32,000 nucleotides of DNA from Synechocystis sp. PCC 6803 substr. PCC-P (GCF_000284455.1 NC_017039.1:870001-902000); one strand, 5' to 3'; counted from the first letter of the stretch, positions 1 to 10,298 are shown. The notes: generated from the letters alone by a model not told the origin. Program-made: numbers and translations.

Positions 1-3000
1 CATGGGACGACGGAGGCTCACCACAATAAATTGGGCTTGTTGGGCCTGTTTGCGGACCATTTTGGACAGTTTTTCCACATTGGCACCGTCCAAAAACATA
101 TCCACTTCATCAAAGCCATAAAAAGGGGAGGGGCGGTAGCGTTGGAGGGCAAAAATGAAGCTTAGCGCAGTTAAGGATTTCTCTCCACCGGACATGGAAC
201 TGAGGCGACGCACCGGTTTACCTTTGGGGTGGGCCACTAGGTTTAAACCCCCATTAAAAGGATCTTCCGCATCGTCTAATTGTAAGTAGCCGTCCCCATC
301 AGAAAGTTCTGCAAAAATAATCTGAAAGTTTTTATTGACTGCATCAAAAGCATCTTGGAAAGAACGACGACGCAGGGTAGTAAAATTTTCAATCCTGAGG
401 AGTAACTCGGTCCGTTCCCCGGCAATGGTTTGCAACTTTTCTGACAATTCCCCTAGGCGAGCTTCAGTTTTTTCATATTCTTGTAACGCCAGCATATTCA
501 CCGGTTCCATGGCTTCCAAACGTTTTTGACCATTGCGAATGGATCGCTCTAATTCCTCCAAAATATTGGCAAAATCCAAGTTTGCTTCGTCCCGGTCTTG
601 GAGCAGGGGAATTTCCGGCCAGGGATCGGGCAAATCCTGTTCTAATGCTTCCAATTGAGTTTGCAGTTGAGTTAAATTTTCCTGGTATTCCTGTTGATTA
701 GTTTGTAACTTTTCCCATTGCCATTGCTGTTCCTGTTGTTGACTACGGAGCTGGTTAAGCTGAGTTTCTAGACGATCCCTTTCTTGCTTAGTACTACCCA
801 ATTTTTCCGACAGTTTCGCCAACTGAGCTTCCGTGGTTTGGATAGCCCCATTCATTTCCGCCAAAGCTATTTTTAACTGCTCCTGTTCCTGGGCTAGGGT
901 GAGATCCTGAGCTTGATGTTGGGCAATTTTTTCCTGGGCTTGGGCAATTTTTTCCTCTAGGCGTTGGCTACTATTCTGCAAATCCTTGAGGTGATCCTCC
1001 CCCTGGCGTAGGGCTTGCAATTGGCGTTGGTACTCCGCTTCCACGGTACGAATTTGGATCTGGATAGTTTGCCATTGTTGATGGGTTTGGGAAGTTTCCA
1101 AGGCAGTTAATTGTTGCTGAGCGGAGGCTAACTGTTGTTCCAAGGGCGGCAAAGATTGCTGCAACAAAGCTAAATTTTGTTGTAACTCTGCTAGTTTTTG
1201 CTGTTGATTAATTTGTTGTTGATTAATTTGTGTTTGCTGTTGACTGAGGCGTGCTATGTCTCGTTCCGTTTGTTCTCCGTGAAGTTGTGCTTCCCGTTGT
1301 TGTTGCCGCATTTCCATCAACTGTTGAGTTAACTGCCTACTACGAACTGTTCTTTCTAGCAATAACTCTTCGTTACGGCCTTGGACTTGCTGAATGTCCT
1401 GTAACCGTTGACGCAACTGTTTCACTTCTGCCGTATCTTCACTGACCATGGTGCCGAACCGTAGTCCTGAGCGTTGGTTGCGACTGCCGCCACTCATGGC
1501 TCCACTGGCTTCTAGTAAATCTCCCTCTAGGGTGACAATGCGATGCTTGCCCAGGTGGTTGCGGGCGTTAACTAAGGTGTCAAAAACGATGGTATTGCCA
1601 AAGATAAAAGCAAAAATGTCGGCGTAACGGCGATCGCCGTCGATTAAATTCACTGCCAGGTCAATGTAACCATGGGCATAACTAAGGTTGGGATTTTGAC
1701 CCTTGGGAGGACGAATTTTATTCAGGGGTAAAAAAGTGGCCCGTCCTGCTTTGGCCTGTTTGAGGATTTCAATGCCCGCCGCCGCCACACCATCATCTTC
1801 CACAACAAGAAAACCCAAACGGCCCCCGGCCGCAATTTCCAGAGCCAGTTGATATTGGGGCTCCACCTGACCCAATTGGGCCACTAAACCGCAGACCCCG
1901 GGTAAATCCGACTGCAAAATCACTTTGGTGGCGTAGGTGCCCTGCACTTCCTGCTGAGCTTGACTAGCCGCTTCTAATTTGTCCAATTGCCGTTGTTTTT
2001 CCTGTTGTTCTTTGAGCAGGCGGGTTTGGGTTTCCTGTAGCAAACTCCGTTCCTGTTCCAGTTGGGCCAAATCGCTGGCCAGAGTTTGAATCTGACTGGT
2101 TAGTGCTTCTCCCTGGAAGTTGAACTGCCCTTGGGCAAACTGTTTTTCTTCCAACTCAACAGAAACCTTTGTGAGCAGAGGGGTTAATTCAGCCAAATTG
2201 GTTAGCAATTGTTGTTGGCGTTCCTCTAGCTGGGCCAACTGACTGCGTTGGGGGATTAACTCGTCTTGTAATTGGTTGACAGTGCGGCTGAGTTGGGTTT
2301 GTTCCTGTACCCATGCTTCGGAAGCGGAGGCGATCGCCTGGGCCTGGTGCCGGAGTTGCTCCAACTGTTGCTGACTGGTCTGCACTGCGGCTTCTAGCTG
2401 GGGCAGGGTTTGGGTGTTATGGAAGGATTTTTCCTGTTGAATGTGCAAAAACTGCTGTTGACTCTGGCTAATTTCCGCCTGGATTTGCCCCACCTGTTGT
2501 TGGTGATTGGTAATTTGGCGATCGCCGTCGTTATAACGTTGCTGGAGTTGGTCCCGTTGGGCTTTTTGGGTGGCCAACTGGGCCGCCACGGCCAATTGTT
2601 CCTCTTCCCCCAGGGCCTTGACCTGGGCATTGAGCTTTTCCAACTCTGTTTGCTGAGTTTGAATGGCTTGACTGCGTTGGTCTAGGGCTTGCTGAATTTG
2701 CTGGGATTGTTCTCGATCCCGCTCCAATTGTCCCCATAGCTTTTGCCGTTGTTGCTCCACTGCTTTGTACTGAATAACCTTGGCCCACCCTTGCTTTTCC
2801 TGTACCTGTTGCCGCAGGGCCTGGTATTTTTCTGCCTTCTGGCGATCGGCCGCCAACCGTTCCAAAGTGCGCTCCAACTCCGTCGCAATAATTTGACAGC
2901 GTTCTTCCCGGTCTTGCACCTCCGTCAAAGTCTCCTTGGTTTTAACAATTTTGCGGTCAAATTCCGCTACCCCCGCCAACTCATCGATGATTTCCCGGCG

Positions 3001-3525
3001 CTCCTTGGAGTTCATGGTGATAATGCGGGTCACATCCCCCTGGAGCACAATGTTGTAGCCCTCTGGGTAAATGCGCAGTTCATTTAATTGTTCATGGAGT
3101 TCCGTGACGGTGGCTGTCTCCCCATTGATGTAATAGTTGGAGGAATAATTGCCCCCTTTGGTCACCTTCAGGCGACGGGTAACAGTCCATTCCTTAGAAA
3201 TTTTTGCTCCGTTGCCGTTGCCATTATGGTTAGCCCCTGGCTCGGATAGGTTTTCCCCATCATGCAATTCAAAGGTGACTGACACACTAGCTTCGGAACT
3301 GCCCCGGTTCCCCTTGAAAGTGTTATTGACCAAATCCGGTAGTCGTTCAGCCCGCATGCCCTTGGAAGTGGCTAACCCCAAACAAAATAGCAATGCATCG
3401 AGGATATTTGACTTGCCCGAACCATTGGGCCCAGACACCACCGTAAACCCCGGCAAAAAAGGAATGGCGGTGGTTCCCCCAAAGGATTTGAAATGGGATA
3501 GTTCGATGCGCTTGACATAAACCAT
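1..3525 (-). CDS. smc: Chromosome segregation protein SMC (3' end truncated by window edge at base 1)
   Basis: Reverse-strand reading frame open from ATG at 3525 to base 1: MVYVKRIELSHFKSFGGTTAIPFLPGFTVVSGPNGSGKSNILDALLF (Walker A), long Gln/Glu-rich coiled coils, hinge around 1500-2000, and C-terminal DEVDMFLDGANVEK...AQFIVVSLRRPM (Walker B/D-loop). Absent from the supplied ORF track because no stop falls inside the window. Confidence 0.97.
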   Translation of the reverse strand, partial: MVYVKRIELSHFKSFGGTTAIPFLPGFTVVSGPNGSGKSNILDALLFCLGLATSKGMRAERLPDLVNNTFKGNRGSSEASVSVTFELHDGENLSEPGANHNGNGNGAKISKEWTVTRRLKVTKGGNYSSNYYINGETATVTELHEQLNELRIYPEGYNIVLQGDVTRIITMNSKERREIIDELAGVAEFDRKIVKTKETLTEVQDREERCQIIATELERTLERLAADRQKAEKYQALRQQVQEKQGWAKVIQYKAVEQQRQKLWGQLERDREQSQQIQQALDQRSQAIQTQQTELEKLNAQVKALGEEEQLAVAAQLATQKAQRDQLQQRYNDGDRQITNHQQQVGQIQAEISQSQQQFLHIQQEKSFHNTQTLPQLEAAVQTSQQQLEQLRHQAQAIASASEAWVQEQTQLSRTVNQLQDELIPQRSQLAQLEERQQQLLTNLAELTPLLTKVSVELEEKQFAQGQFNFQGEALTSQIQTLASDLAQLEQERSLLQETQTRLLKEQQEKQRQLDKLEAASQAQQEVQGTYATKVILQSDLPGVCGLVAQLGQVEPQYQLALEIAAGGRLGFLVVEDDGVAAAGIEILKQAKAGRATFLPLNKIRPPKGQNPNLSYAHGYIDLAVNLIDGDRRYADIFAFIFGNTIVFDTLVNARNHLGKHRIVTLEGDLLEASGAMSGGSRNQRSGLRFGTMVSEDTAEVKQLRQRLQDIQQVQGRNEELLLERTVRSRQLTQQLMEMRQQQREAQLHGEQTERDIARLSQQQTQINQQQINQQQKLAELQQNLALLQQSLPPLEQQLASAQQQLTALETSQTHQQWQTIQIQIRTVEAEYQRQLQALRQGEDHLKDLQNSSQRLEEKIAQAQEKIAQHQAQDLTLAQEQEQLKIALAEMNGAIQTTEAQLAKLSEKLGSTKQERDRLETQLNQLRSQQQEQQWQWEKLQTNQQEYQENLTQLQTQLEALEQDLPDPWPEIPLLQDRDEANLDFANILEELERSIRNGQKRLEAMEPVNMLALQEYEKTEARLGELSEKLQTIAGERTELLLRIENFTTLRRRSFQDAFDAVNKNFQIIFAELSDGDGYLQLDDAEDPFNGGLNLVAHPKGKPVRRLSSMSGGEKSLTALSFIFALQRYRPSPFYGFDEVDMFLDGANVEKLSKMVRKQAQQAQFIVVSLRRPM

Positions 3526-3719
3526 GGAGGTTGGGGACGGGGTAATCCAGGCCCTCCCAATCCTGACAGTGGCAAGGCCCAGCGGCTCAATATATGCCTA
3601 ATATACGACGCTTGGCGATCGCCATTGGCCGGAAACTGCCCAGGGACTAATGCAGGTAGAGGGCGTTGGCAAGGGTACTTTGCACTGGACGAGGATACAT
3701 GGGGGACAAGTTTCCCCTT

Positions 3720-4805
3720 TTAAAACAGTTGCCAATCCGTTGAGCCCAATTGTTGCAAATTCTCTAACCGACGTTTGAAGTAACTGCCGTGGAGCCGACT
3801 GTAATCCGATAGCTTCAGGGTTTGTACATGGATGGCCCAAGACCAGATGAAAGCCGTTTGGGTCAAGGCCTGCAAGGAGTTTTCCTCCAGAACTGTCAAA
3901 GGAGCAATGGAGTTATAACCGCTTAAAAAAGCATCCCGAATATTACGTCCCAGGCCCGATTGCATGGAAACCTGTAGAAATTTAGCAATGTCGAAGGCTC
4001 GCCAACCCATGCCACACTGGTCAAAATCAAACAGCATCATCTGGTCTTCAGCAGTGAAATGGACATTGCCGCTGTGGGGGTCCCCCCAACAAATAGTCCA
4101 ATAGGGGGTGTGGGTGGGAATGGATGTGAGCTGGGTTTTAATCGCCATGGAAATGTCGATCAGACAACGCCATTCTTCCAGCCGGTGGTGCAGAAAAGGG
4201 GCAATGGTATGGAGAGAATCATCCAACAGATAGCTGAGGGTGAGGGGAGGACGGTGGGCAGAAGGCTTGAACCGTTGGGCTGTTTGGTGCAGTTGAGCTA
4301 ACATTTCCCCCAACAAAAAGCCTTGAGTTTTGCTCAAATCCCCGATCGCCACCCCCCCGGGAGCATAGGGAAACAAACTGGCATAGCGCTTACCTTCTGG
4401 GGCATTAATCTCCAGGGCATAACCCCCATCCCGATGCCTGAGGGGGGCCGCCACCGGCACATCCCGGTCCGCTAAAAAATTGAGCAACTCCAACTCAAAC
4501 TGAATTTCACTTTCGGTGCGCCAATGTTGGTGGGAAATACGCAAAATGTAATCGTCCGCTAGGGTCTCCACCAAGTACACATCGCTCAAACCCCGATGCC
4601 AAAATCGACAGCCTTTGGGCACTTCAATGTCGTAATGCTTAAACACCAAATTGGTTAGGGCATGGGGAGCTAAGGTGGAATAAACACTGGGAAAAGCGTC
4701 CCCCGCTACTGTTGATTTTGGGGCCGGATTGGGAGCCGGAAAATCCACCACTGGATTAATGTCCGGTAGGGCAGAAAGGGATCGGAGTAGTTGCAGGGGG
4801 GGCAT
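3720..4805 (-). CDS. APH/choline-kinase-fold phosphotransferase (YihE/SrkA/RdoA-like), 361 aa
   Basis: ORF with kinase-like catalytic motifs ICWGDPHSGNVHF and MLFDFDQCG. Confidence 0.88.
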   Translation of the reverse strand: MPPLQLLRSLSALPDINPVVDFPAPNPAPKSTVAGDAFPSVYSTLAPHALTNLVFKHYDIEVPKGCRFWHRGLSDVYLVETLADDYILRISHQHWRTESEIQFELELLNFLADRDVPVAAPLRHRDGGYALEINAPEGKRYASLFPYAPGGVAIGDLSKTQGFLLGEMLAQLHQTAQRFKPSAHRPPLTLSYLLDDSLHTIAPFLHHRLEEWRCLIDISMAIKTQLTSIPTHTPYWTICWGDPHSGNVHFTAEDQMMLFDFDQCGMGWRAFDIAKFLQVSMQSGLGRNIRDAFLSGYNSIAPLTVLEENSLQALTQTAFIWSWAIHVQTLKLSDYSRLHGSYFKRRLENLQQLGSTDWQLF

Positions 4806-4947
4806 GGGGTCAAGGGGAGTGGTGAGGATGCAAAGCCGTCTCCTTTAGCTTAGAAAGGGAGGAGAAGGGGCTCCGTATTCTAAGCTACACTTCAGTTAGA
4901 GTTTGATTTAAATATCTGATGACCGCATAGTTGCCCAGGGAAAAATC

Positions 4948-5616
4948 ATGGCCAATCGTACCCAAAGTCGTTACACCGATGTCCAAATTGCCACTTGGTT
5001 GAGGGGACTGCTGACCATTGCCTGGAGTGATGGGGACTTTGATGAATCGGAGCAACAAATGATCACCGGCCTCACCCAGGAGATGGGTTTTGGCAACAAG
5101 GAAGATGAGGTTCTATTCAAGACCATTACCCCGGCGGAATTACTAGAAGGCTTGGGGGACGACAAGGAAACGGCGGAAAACTTTCTCCGCACAGCGGTGT
5201 TGGTGGCGATCGCCGATGGCCTTTATTCCCCGGTGGAAGGAGAGCTATTGCGGGAATTTAGTCAAGCCCTGGGGATAAAAATTGACGCTTTGGAGTCATT
5301 AGAACATACCATCTGTGATCCCAACGGCGATCGAACCGAAATGGAGGAACATCCCCATCCCGATTTACTTCACCCCGTCAAGGATTGGCTGGACGGCATG
5401 GCCATCCACGATCCTCGTTTGGCCCATTTCATTTGTCATCTGGTGCCCCCCCAATGTCCCTTCGAGCGGGATGTTAAACTGTTTGGGCGCAAAATTGTTC
5501 ATATTCCCCCTCTGTGCAAACTAAATCCTCTGTATGAACAGTTAATTGGTCTGAGGTTCCGGGCCCTTTCCTACCTGGCCGATGACTGCCAAGAGGACAT
5601 CACGCCCTATATTTGA
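4948..5616 (+). CDS. TerB-like (tellurite resistance TerB family) domain protein, 222 aa
   Basis: ORF from ATG; repeated acidic TerB-like motifs IAWSDGDFDESEQQMI and AIADGLYSPVEGELL. Confidence 0.8.
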   Translation: MANRTQSRYTDVQIATWLRGLLTIAWSDGDFDESEQQMITGLTQEMGFGNKEDEVLFKTITPAELLEGLGDDKETAENFLRTAVLVAIADGLYSPVEGELLREFSQALGIKIDALESLEHTICDPNGDRTEMEEHPHPDLLHPVKDWLDGMAIHDPRLAHFICHLVPPQCPFERDVKLFGRKIVHIPPLCKLNPLYEQLIGLRFRALSYLADDCQEDITPYI

Positions 5617-5769
5617 ATCCTATTTATTTTTATTGGGTTTTTTATTAGGTCGAATTGTGAGAAACTTTCGGGATTTTTCGGTTGTCGCCTGAGCAATTGC
5701 GCTGATTTGTCTCCGACTCGTTGCGCTTGAAAATTAATGACGTTTAAAAATTAACTATCTCCCCAACTT

Positions 5770-6234
5770 ATGGAAGTGCAATTTCGGGAAGTAAATCCCT
5801 TCGATTTTTGGATTTGGCTAGAATTCGAGACCAATCCTGCCCCGGCGGAACAACAATATGTGGAAGAGTTATTTGCTTCCTGGTTTTATCTCGGCAAACT
5901 AGGGGGTTTTAATGCAGAAAATCTCCAGGTACAGGATACGGGCATTGACCTAAGCTATTTGGACTATGACAGTGCCAATCTTTCTAGTTCCATGATGTCC
6001 CCCATGCACAATATGGCAGACTTCCAATACCAAGACCATTGGGGCCGTTGTTGGTTTGATTTGGGCACCAGCGACCTCATTGCCCTAGATGTGTTGATCA
6101 ACGCACTGTACCAACTTTCCCTCGATTACGTGCCCATTCGCCGTTTAATTGTGGGGGGAATCAACGAAGATTGGCCCGTTGGCGATCGCCAGGACGACCG
6201 CTTCGATCAATTTGAAGATTTTGATCACAATTAG
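5770..6234 (+). CDS. DUF3531-family conserved cyanobacterial/plastid protein, 154 aa
   Basis: Intact ORF; family-like stretch PFDFWIWLEFE...SSSMMSPMHNMADFQYQDHWGRCWFDLGTSDLIALDVLINAL. Confidence 0.78.
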   Translation: MEVQFREVNPFDFWIWLEFETNPAPAEQQYVEELFASWFYLGKLGGFNAENLQVQDTGIDLSYLDYDSANLSSSMMSPMHNMADFQYQDHWGRCWFDLGTSDLIALDVLINALYQLSLDYVPIRRLIVGGINEDWPVGDRQDDRFDQFEDFDHN

Positions 6235-6262
6235 GTTTTCTCTGTCCCCATCATTTTCCCCT

Positions 6263-7552
6263 ATGTATCCATCCTCGTCCCCGGGCCATCGGCAATATTT
6301 CCTGGGAGTAAAATCTAGCTTACCTCTGCTCTGGCTGATGGTTTTCCCTGCCCTAATTGGTGGGGTCTTGAATATTAATCCGGTGCAGGCCCAGGGCACT
6401 CCCTATATTCCCCCGCCCATTACCCCGCCTCCCCTTAGCCCCAGCGAAAATCCCTTTGACCCCAGCCTTTTTCCCACGGATCCCCTGATTCCTTCTGGGG
6501 AAACCCTCACGCCTTTGCAACGGCGACGACTAATCGAAGCCCTAGATGCGTTAGAAGCTGAGGCTTTGGTGTTGGATCAGGCAGGACAGGGGGACCAGGC
6601 TTTTGAGGTACGTTACCGCAGTTTACGGGGGCGACAACGGTTGGGGGATTTGGCCGAGGTTGAGGCCCTGGGACGCATTGGGGCGATCGCCTGGGAACAA
6701 GGCCGTAACCAAGATGTAATGGCCATCGGTCAGCGTTTGGAAGATTTACAACTTTCCCTGACCAAGGACAAGGCCATGAGCCCGGAACTGTTAACAGCCT
6801 TTGCCAAAGCCTATGGCCAGCTCCACAGTCTCGACTCGGCGATCGCCGTTTATCAGCAAATGCGTCGGGAAGCCCAGCAACAGGGGGATTACCGCCGGGA
6901 AAACCAAGCCCTCTCCATGTTGGGGGAACTGTATCTAGCTAAATTTAACTACCCCGCCGCCGCTGAGGTTTATGAAACCCTTCTAGCCAGGGCCACCAAT
7001 GCCCGTAACAGTTATTACGAAGGCATTTACTTGCAAAAACTAGGGGAAATTTATCAACAGTCTGCCCAGCCCGACAATGCTATTCGTATCAAAGAGCAAC
7101 TGGTGCAAAGAAGATTGCAGGACGGTAAACCGGAATTGGTGCCCGATATCCAGATTGCCATTGGGGACCATTACCTAGAACTGGAACAGCCAGAAAATGC
7201 CAGCCAAGCCTATCAAAAGGCCTACACCCTAGCTTGGTCTATTAAACAATTGAGCACAGCGGCGATCGCCTTGGATAAACTGGGGGATTTGTATCTGTTC
7301 AGTGAACAACCCAACTATGCTCTACAAATTTATAAACAACTTTTGCAGGTACAACAACAGTCCTATAACTATTACGGCATGATGATTACCTACGAAAAAA
7401 TTGCCCAACTTTACATAGATGCCCAGCAAACCAGCGCAGCTTTAACCGCCTATCAACAGGCGTTATCCTTGGCCCGCTCTCTCAAATATAGTACCAAAGA
7501 AAATAATATTCTTAATCAAATACAAACTATTTCTGGGGGCACTGGGTCATAG
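6263..7552 (+). CDS. Secreted or membrane-anchored TPR-repeat protein with a proline-rich N-terminus
   Basis: The track ORF begins at 6149, overlapping the upstream gene. In-frame ATG at 6263 gives MYPSSSPGHRQYFLG... plus a hydrophobic segment, a PPPITPPPLSP linker and multiple TPR-like repeats. Confidence 0.85.
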   Translation: MYPSSSPGHRQYFLGVKSSLPLLWLMVFPALIGGVLNINPVQAQGTPYIPPPITPPPLSPSENPFDPSLFPTDPLIPSGETLTPLQRRRLIEALDALEAEALVLDQAGQGDQAFEVRYRSLRGRQRLGDLAEVEALGRIGAIAWEQGRNQDVMAIGQRLEDLQLSLTKDKAMSPELLTAFAKAYGQLHSLDSAIAVYQQMRREAQQQGDYRRENQALSMLGELYLAKFNYPAAAEVYETLLARATNARNSYYEGIYLQKLGEIYQQSAQPDNAIRIKEQLVQRRLQDGKPELVPDIQIAIGDHYLELEQPENASQAYQKAYTLAWSIKQLSTAAIALDKLGDLYLFSEQPNYALQIYKQLLQVQQQSYNYYGMMITYEKIAQLYIDAQQTSAALTAYQQALSLARSLKYSTKENNILNQIQTISGGTGS

Positions 7553-7579
7553 ATTTTATTCACAAATTTTTGATTAACC

Positions 7580-8776
7580 ATGGCGAATTCTGAACAGGCC
7601 TATTGGTTAGCCTGGAGTCAGGTTAAGGGAGTAGGGCCAGTGTTGCTCAAGCGACTGGCCCAACACTTTGAATTATTGGAAAATGCCTGGAAAGCGAGAC
7701 CGATCGCCCTGGGAGAAGTGGAGGGTTTTGGCCATAAAATGATTGAGAAAATTATTGGGCAAAGAAACAATCTCAATCCGTTTCAATTTTTAGAAGAACA
7801 TCAACAAAAAAATCCCCAATTTCTCACCCCCGATGACCCGGACTATCCCCGCTTACTGTGGGAAATCCCCAGTCCACCGCCGGTGTTGTACTATCTGGGA
7901 CGTCTTGACCACCGGGAAAGTCAAGGACAAATTCCAGGGGTAGGCATTGTGGGCACCCGTTACCCCACCGACCACGGGAGCCGTTGGACAAGGAAAATTA
8001 GCCAAGCCCTGGTCAAATCTGGTTTCACCATTGTTTCTGGCTTAGCCGCTGGCATTGACGCTGACGCCCACAGCAGTTGTTTACGGGTGAACGGAAGGAC
8101 GATCGCCGTTTTAGGCACTGGCTTAGATTTGATTTATCCGCCCCAAAATCGACAATTGTTTGAGCAAATCGCCGCCGAAGGATTGATTTTGAGTGAATAT
8201 CCCGTGGGCAGTAAACCAGAACGGGGTAATTTTCCCGCTCGAAATCGCATCATTGCCGGTCTGAGCAGGGCCGTGTTGGTAATGGAGGCTCCCCCCAAAT
8301 CCGGGGCCTTAATCACCGCCAAGTATGCCAACGAATTTAACCGGGACGTGTTTAGCCTACCCAATTCCCCTGATGTCCAAGAAGCCCACGGTTGCTTAAA
8401 TCTCATCCACAACGGAGCAGAGGTGATTCTGTCGGAAAATCAATTGCTAGCCAGCTTGGGGGCAATACCTTTACTGGATCAAGGGCAAGAACAAAAAATT
8501 CTTCCAGGCGATCGCCAAATTGGTTATCTAGACCAAACCAATGTCCCTACTTTAACCACCGGGGCAAGGGGTAAACAACCTTTGACTGAACCACCGGAGG
8601 ACTTGGAACCAACTTTAAAAAAGATCTTGGCCGCAGTCCAGGAAGAACCCACCGCCCTGGATCAAATTGTTGCCGTCACAGCCTTGGCCATTGGGGATGT
8701 TTCCGCTGGATTACTCCAATTGGAAATTCTTGGTTTAGTCAGCCAGGAACCCGGCATGCGCTACCAAAGACGGTGA
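7580..8776 (+). CDS. dprA: DNA processing protein DprA/Smf, 398 aa
   Basis: Rossmann core motifs VGTRYPTDHG, IVSGLAAGIDADAHSSCL, AVLGTGLDLIYPPQN, ILSEYPVG, FPARNRIIAGLS and a C-terminal winged-helix-like tail. Confidence 0.95.
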   Translation: MANSEQAYWLAWSQVKGVGPVLLKRLAQHFELLENAWKARPIALGEVEGFGHKMIEKIIGQRNNLNPFQFLEEHQQKNPQFLTPDDPDYPRLLWEIPSPPPVLYYLGRLDHRESQGQIPGVGIVGTRYPTDHGSRWTRKISQALVKSGFTIVSGLAAGIDADAHSSCLRVNGRTIAVLGTGLDLIYPPQNRQLFEQIAAEGLILSEYPVGSKPERGNFPARNRIIAGLSRAVLVMEAPPKSGALITAKYANEFNRDVFSLPNSPDVQEAHGCLNLIHNGAEVILSENQLLASLGAIPLLDQGQEQKILPGDRQIGYLDQTNVPTLTTGARGKQPLTEPPEDLEPTLKKILAAVQEEPTALDQIVAVTALAIGDVSAGLLQLEILGLVSQEPGMRYQRR

Positions 8777-8818
8777 CCATGGGACATCTCCATTAAATAA
8801 ATTAATCCACTAAATAAA

Positions 8819-9145
8819 TTAATCCACCGTTACCGCCGTCCCCGTTGCGGTGATTAACAATAATGCTCCCCGGTCGTCAATGTTGATGGTTCCGGTATTT
8901 ACTGCCACCCCAATTACCCCATTGGCTCCCAATTTTTGGGCCCGTTCAGTCAATTCGGCGATCGCCTCTCGGTGGCCTTTTTCAAAAATTTGTTCATAAC
9001 TGCCAGTTCTACCACCAATTAAGTCCCGAATACCCGCGAAAAAATCCCGCAGGGCATTGGTGCCATATACCACTTCGGCGGTGACAATGCCGTGGTAGCG
9101 AGCAATAGTCCGGCCTTGAACAATATCCGTTGTGGAAGTCAGCAT
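8819..9145 (-). CDS. YbjQ/UPF0145-like (putative heavy-metal-binding) protein, 108 aa
   Basis: ORF MLTSTTDIVQGRTIARYHGIVTAEVVYG...GANGVIGVAVNTGTI typical of the YbjQ family. Confidence 0.88.
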   Translation of the reverse strand: MLTSTTDIVQGRTIARYHGIVTAEVVYGTNALRDFFAGIRDLIGGRTGSYEQIFEKGHREAIAELTERAQKLGANGVIGVAVNTGTINIDDRGALLLITATGTAVTVD

Positions 9146-9191
9146 AGTTTTAAGATTCTGTTTTAATAATTTTTAACCTCAAGGTTTATTA

Positions 9192-9464
9192 ATGCTACCA
9201 CCTCTAAAAAATCCAAGAAATGCCAACAGAAATCGCATGGTTGAACCCACTGCAATTAAAGCATGGGCAGAGAAACGAATGATATACGTTGAACTCAGCG
9301 ATGGAAGGATCTTTGGCTTTCCTGGCGATCGTTTCCGTATCCTTAAAGAAGCTACAAATGAACAATTGGCAAAGGTCAAAGTTGAAGTGAATGGTTATGC
9401 CCTCCGCTGGGAAGAGTTAGATGAGGATATTACTGTCCCTGGAGTAGTGGCCGGCCATTTTTAG
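9192..9464 (+). CDS. DUF2442-family small protein (start could be 9192 or 9237)
   Basis: Intact ORF; core VELSDGRIFGFPGDRF...LRWEELDEDITVPGVV matches the DUF2442 style. The domain-like region begins near M16 (ATG 9237). Confidence 0.75.
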   Translation: MLPPLKNPRNANRNRMVEPTAIKAWAEKRMIYVELSDGRIFGFPGDRFRILKEATNEQLAKVKVEVNGYALRWEELDEDITVPGVVAGHF

Positions 9465-9476
9465 TTGCCTTTGACC

Positions 9477-9492
9477 TAAGGCGATCGCCTTA
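9477..9492. repeat. Extended HIP1 palindrome TAAGGCGATCGCCTTA, intergenic
   Basis: 16-bp perfect palindrome centred on GCGATCGC. Confidence 0.9.
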
Positions 9493-9662
9493 CCCCAGAC
9501 TAACTGGCCAGGTGTTGTCAATCAGATCAGTGATTTTTGCGTCAATGCCAGTCTTTTCCTGACAATTTTGCGTTTTCTAACAATTCGTCCAAATTCTGTA
9601 TCTGATATGGCAGTATGATCGAAGAAGATCCCCATTTTGCATTGTATTAGGAACTATCTGTT

Positions 9663-10298
9663 ATGGCCTTACAACTCGGTGATGTTGTCCCCGACTTTAC
9701 CCAAGAATCCAGCCAAGGCCCCATTTCTTTCCATGAGTGGGCCGGCGATAGCTGGGTTGTTTTATTCTCTCACCCTGCGGATTACACTCCGGTTTGTACC
9801 ACCGAATTGGGCACTGTAGCCAAACTTAAGCCGGAATTTGATAAGCGCAACGTTAAGGTGATTGCCCTCAGTGTGGATGATGTGGAATCCCACAAAGGCT
9901 GGATTTGTGATATTGACGAAACCCAAAACACTACCGTTAACTACCCAATCTTGGCCGACGGCGACAAAAAGGTGTCCGATCTGTACGGCATGATCCACCC
10001 CAATGCCCTCAATAATTTGACGGTGCGTTCTGTCTTCATCATCGATCCTGCCAAAAAATTACGCTTAACTTTCACCTATCCCGCCAGCACTGGCCGGAAC
10101 TTTGACGAAATTTTGCGGGTAATTGACTCCCTCCAGTTGACCGATTATCACCAAGTAGCTACCCCCGCTAACTGGCAAGATGGGGACAAGTGTGTGGTGG
10201 TGCCCTCCATTTCCACCGAGGATGCTAAGGTCAAATTCCCCAAAGGGGTGGAAGAAATCAAGCCTTATTTGCGTTTGACCCCCCAACCCAATAAGTAA
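9663..10298 (+). CDS. 1-Cys peroxiredoxin (Prx6 type), 211 aa
   Basis: [32 protein letters not shown] catalytic motif, [30 protein letters not shown]. Confidence 0.95.

Noticed and set aside
200-2900. TTG/CTG/TGTT-rich repetitive look of the plus strand, possible microsatellite
   Set aside because: Explained by Gln/Leu codons of the SMC coiled coil on the minus strand.
2394-3590. Multiple small ORFs on both strands (for example 2394..2630, 2410..2685, 2743..3087, 3149..3520, 3372..3590)
   Set aside because: All lie on or antisense to the smc coding frame and show no family-like motifs; shadow ORFs.
6380-6500. CCCCC-rich imperfect repeats
   Set aside because: Encode the Pro-rich linker (PPPITPPPLSPSENPFDP) of the TPR protein; not an independent repeat element.
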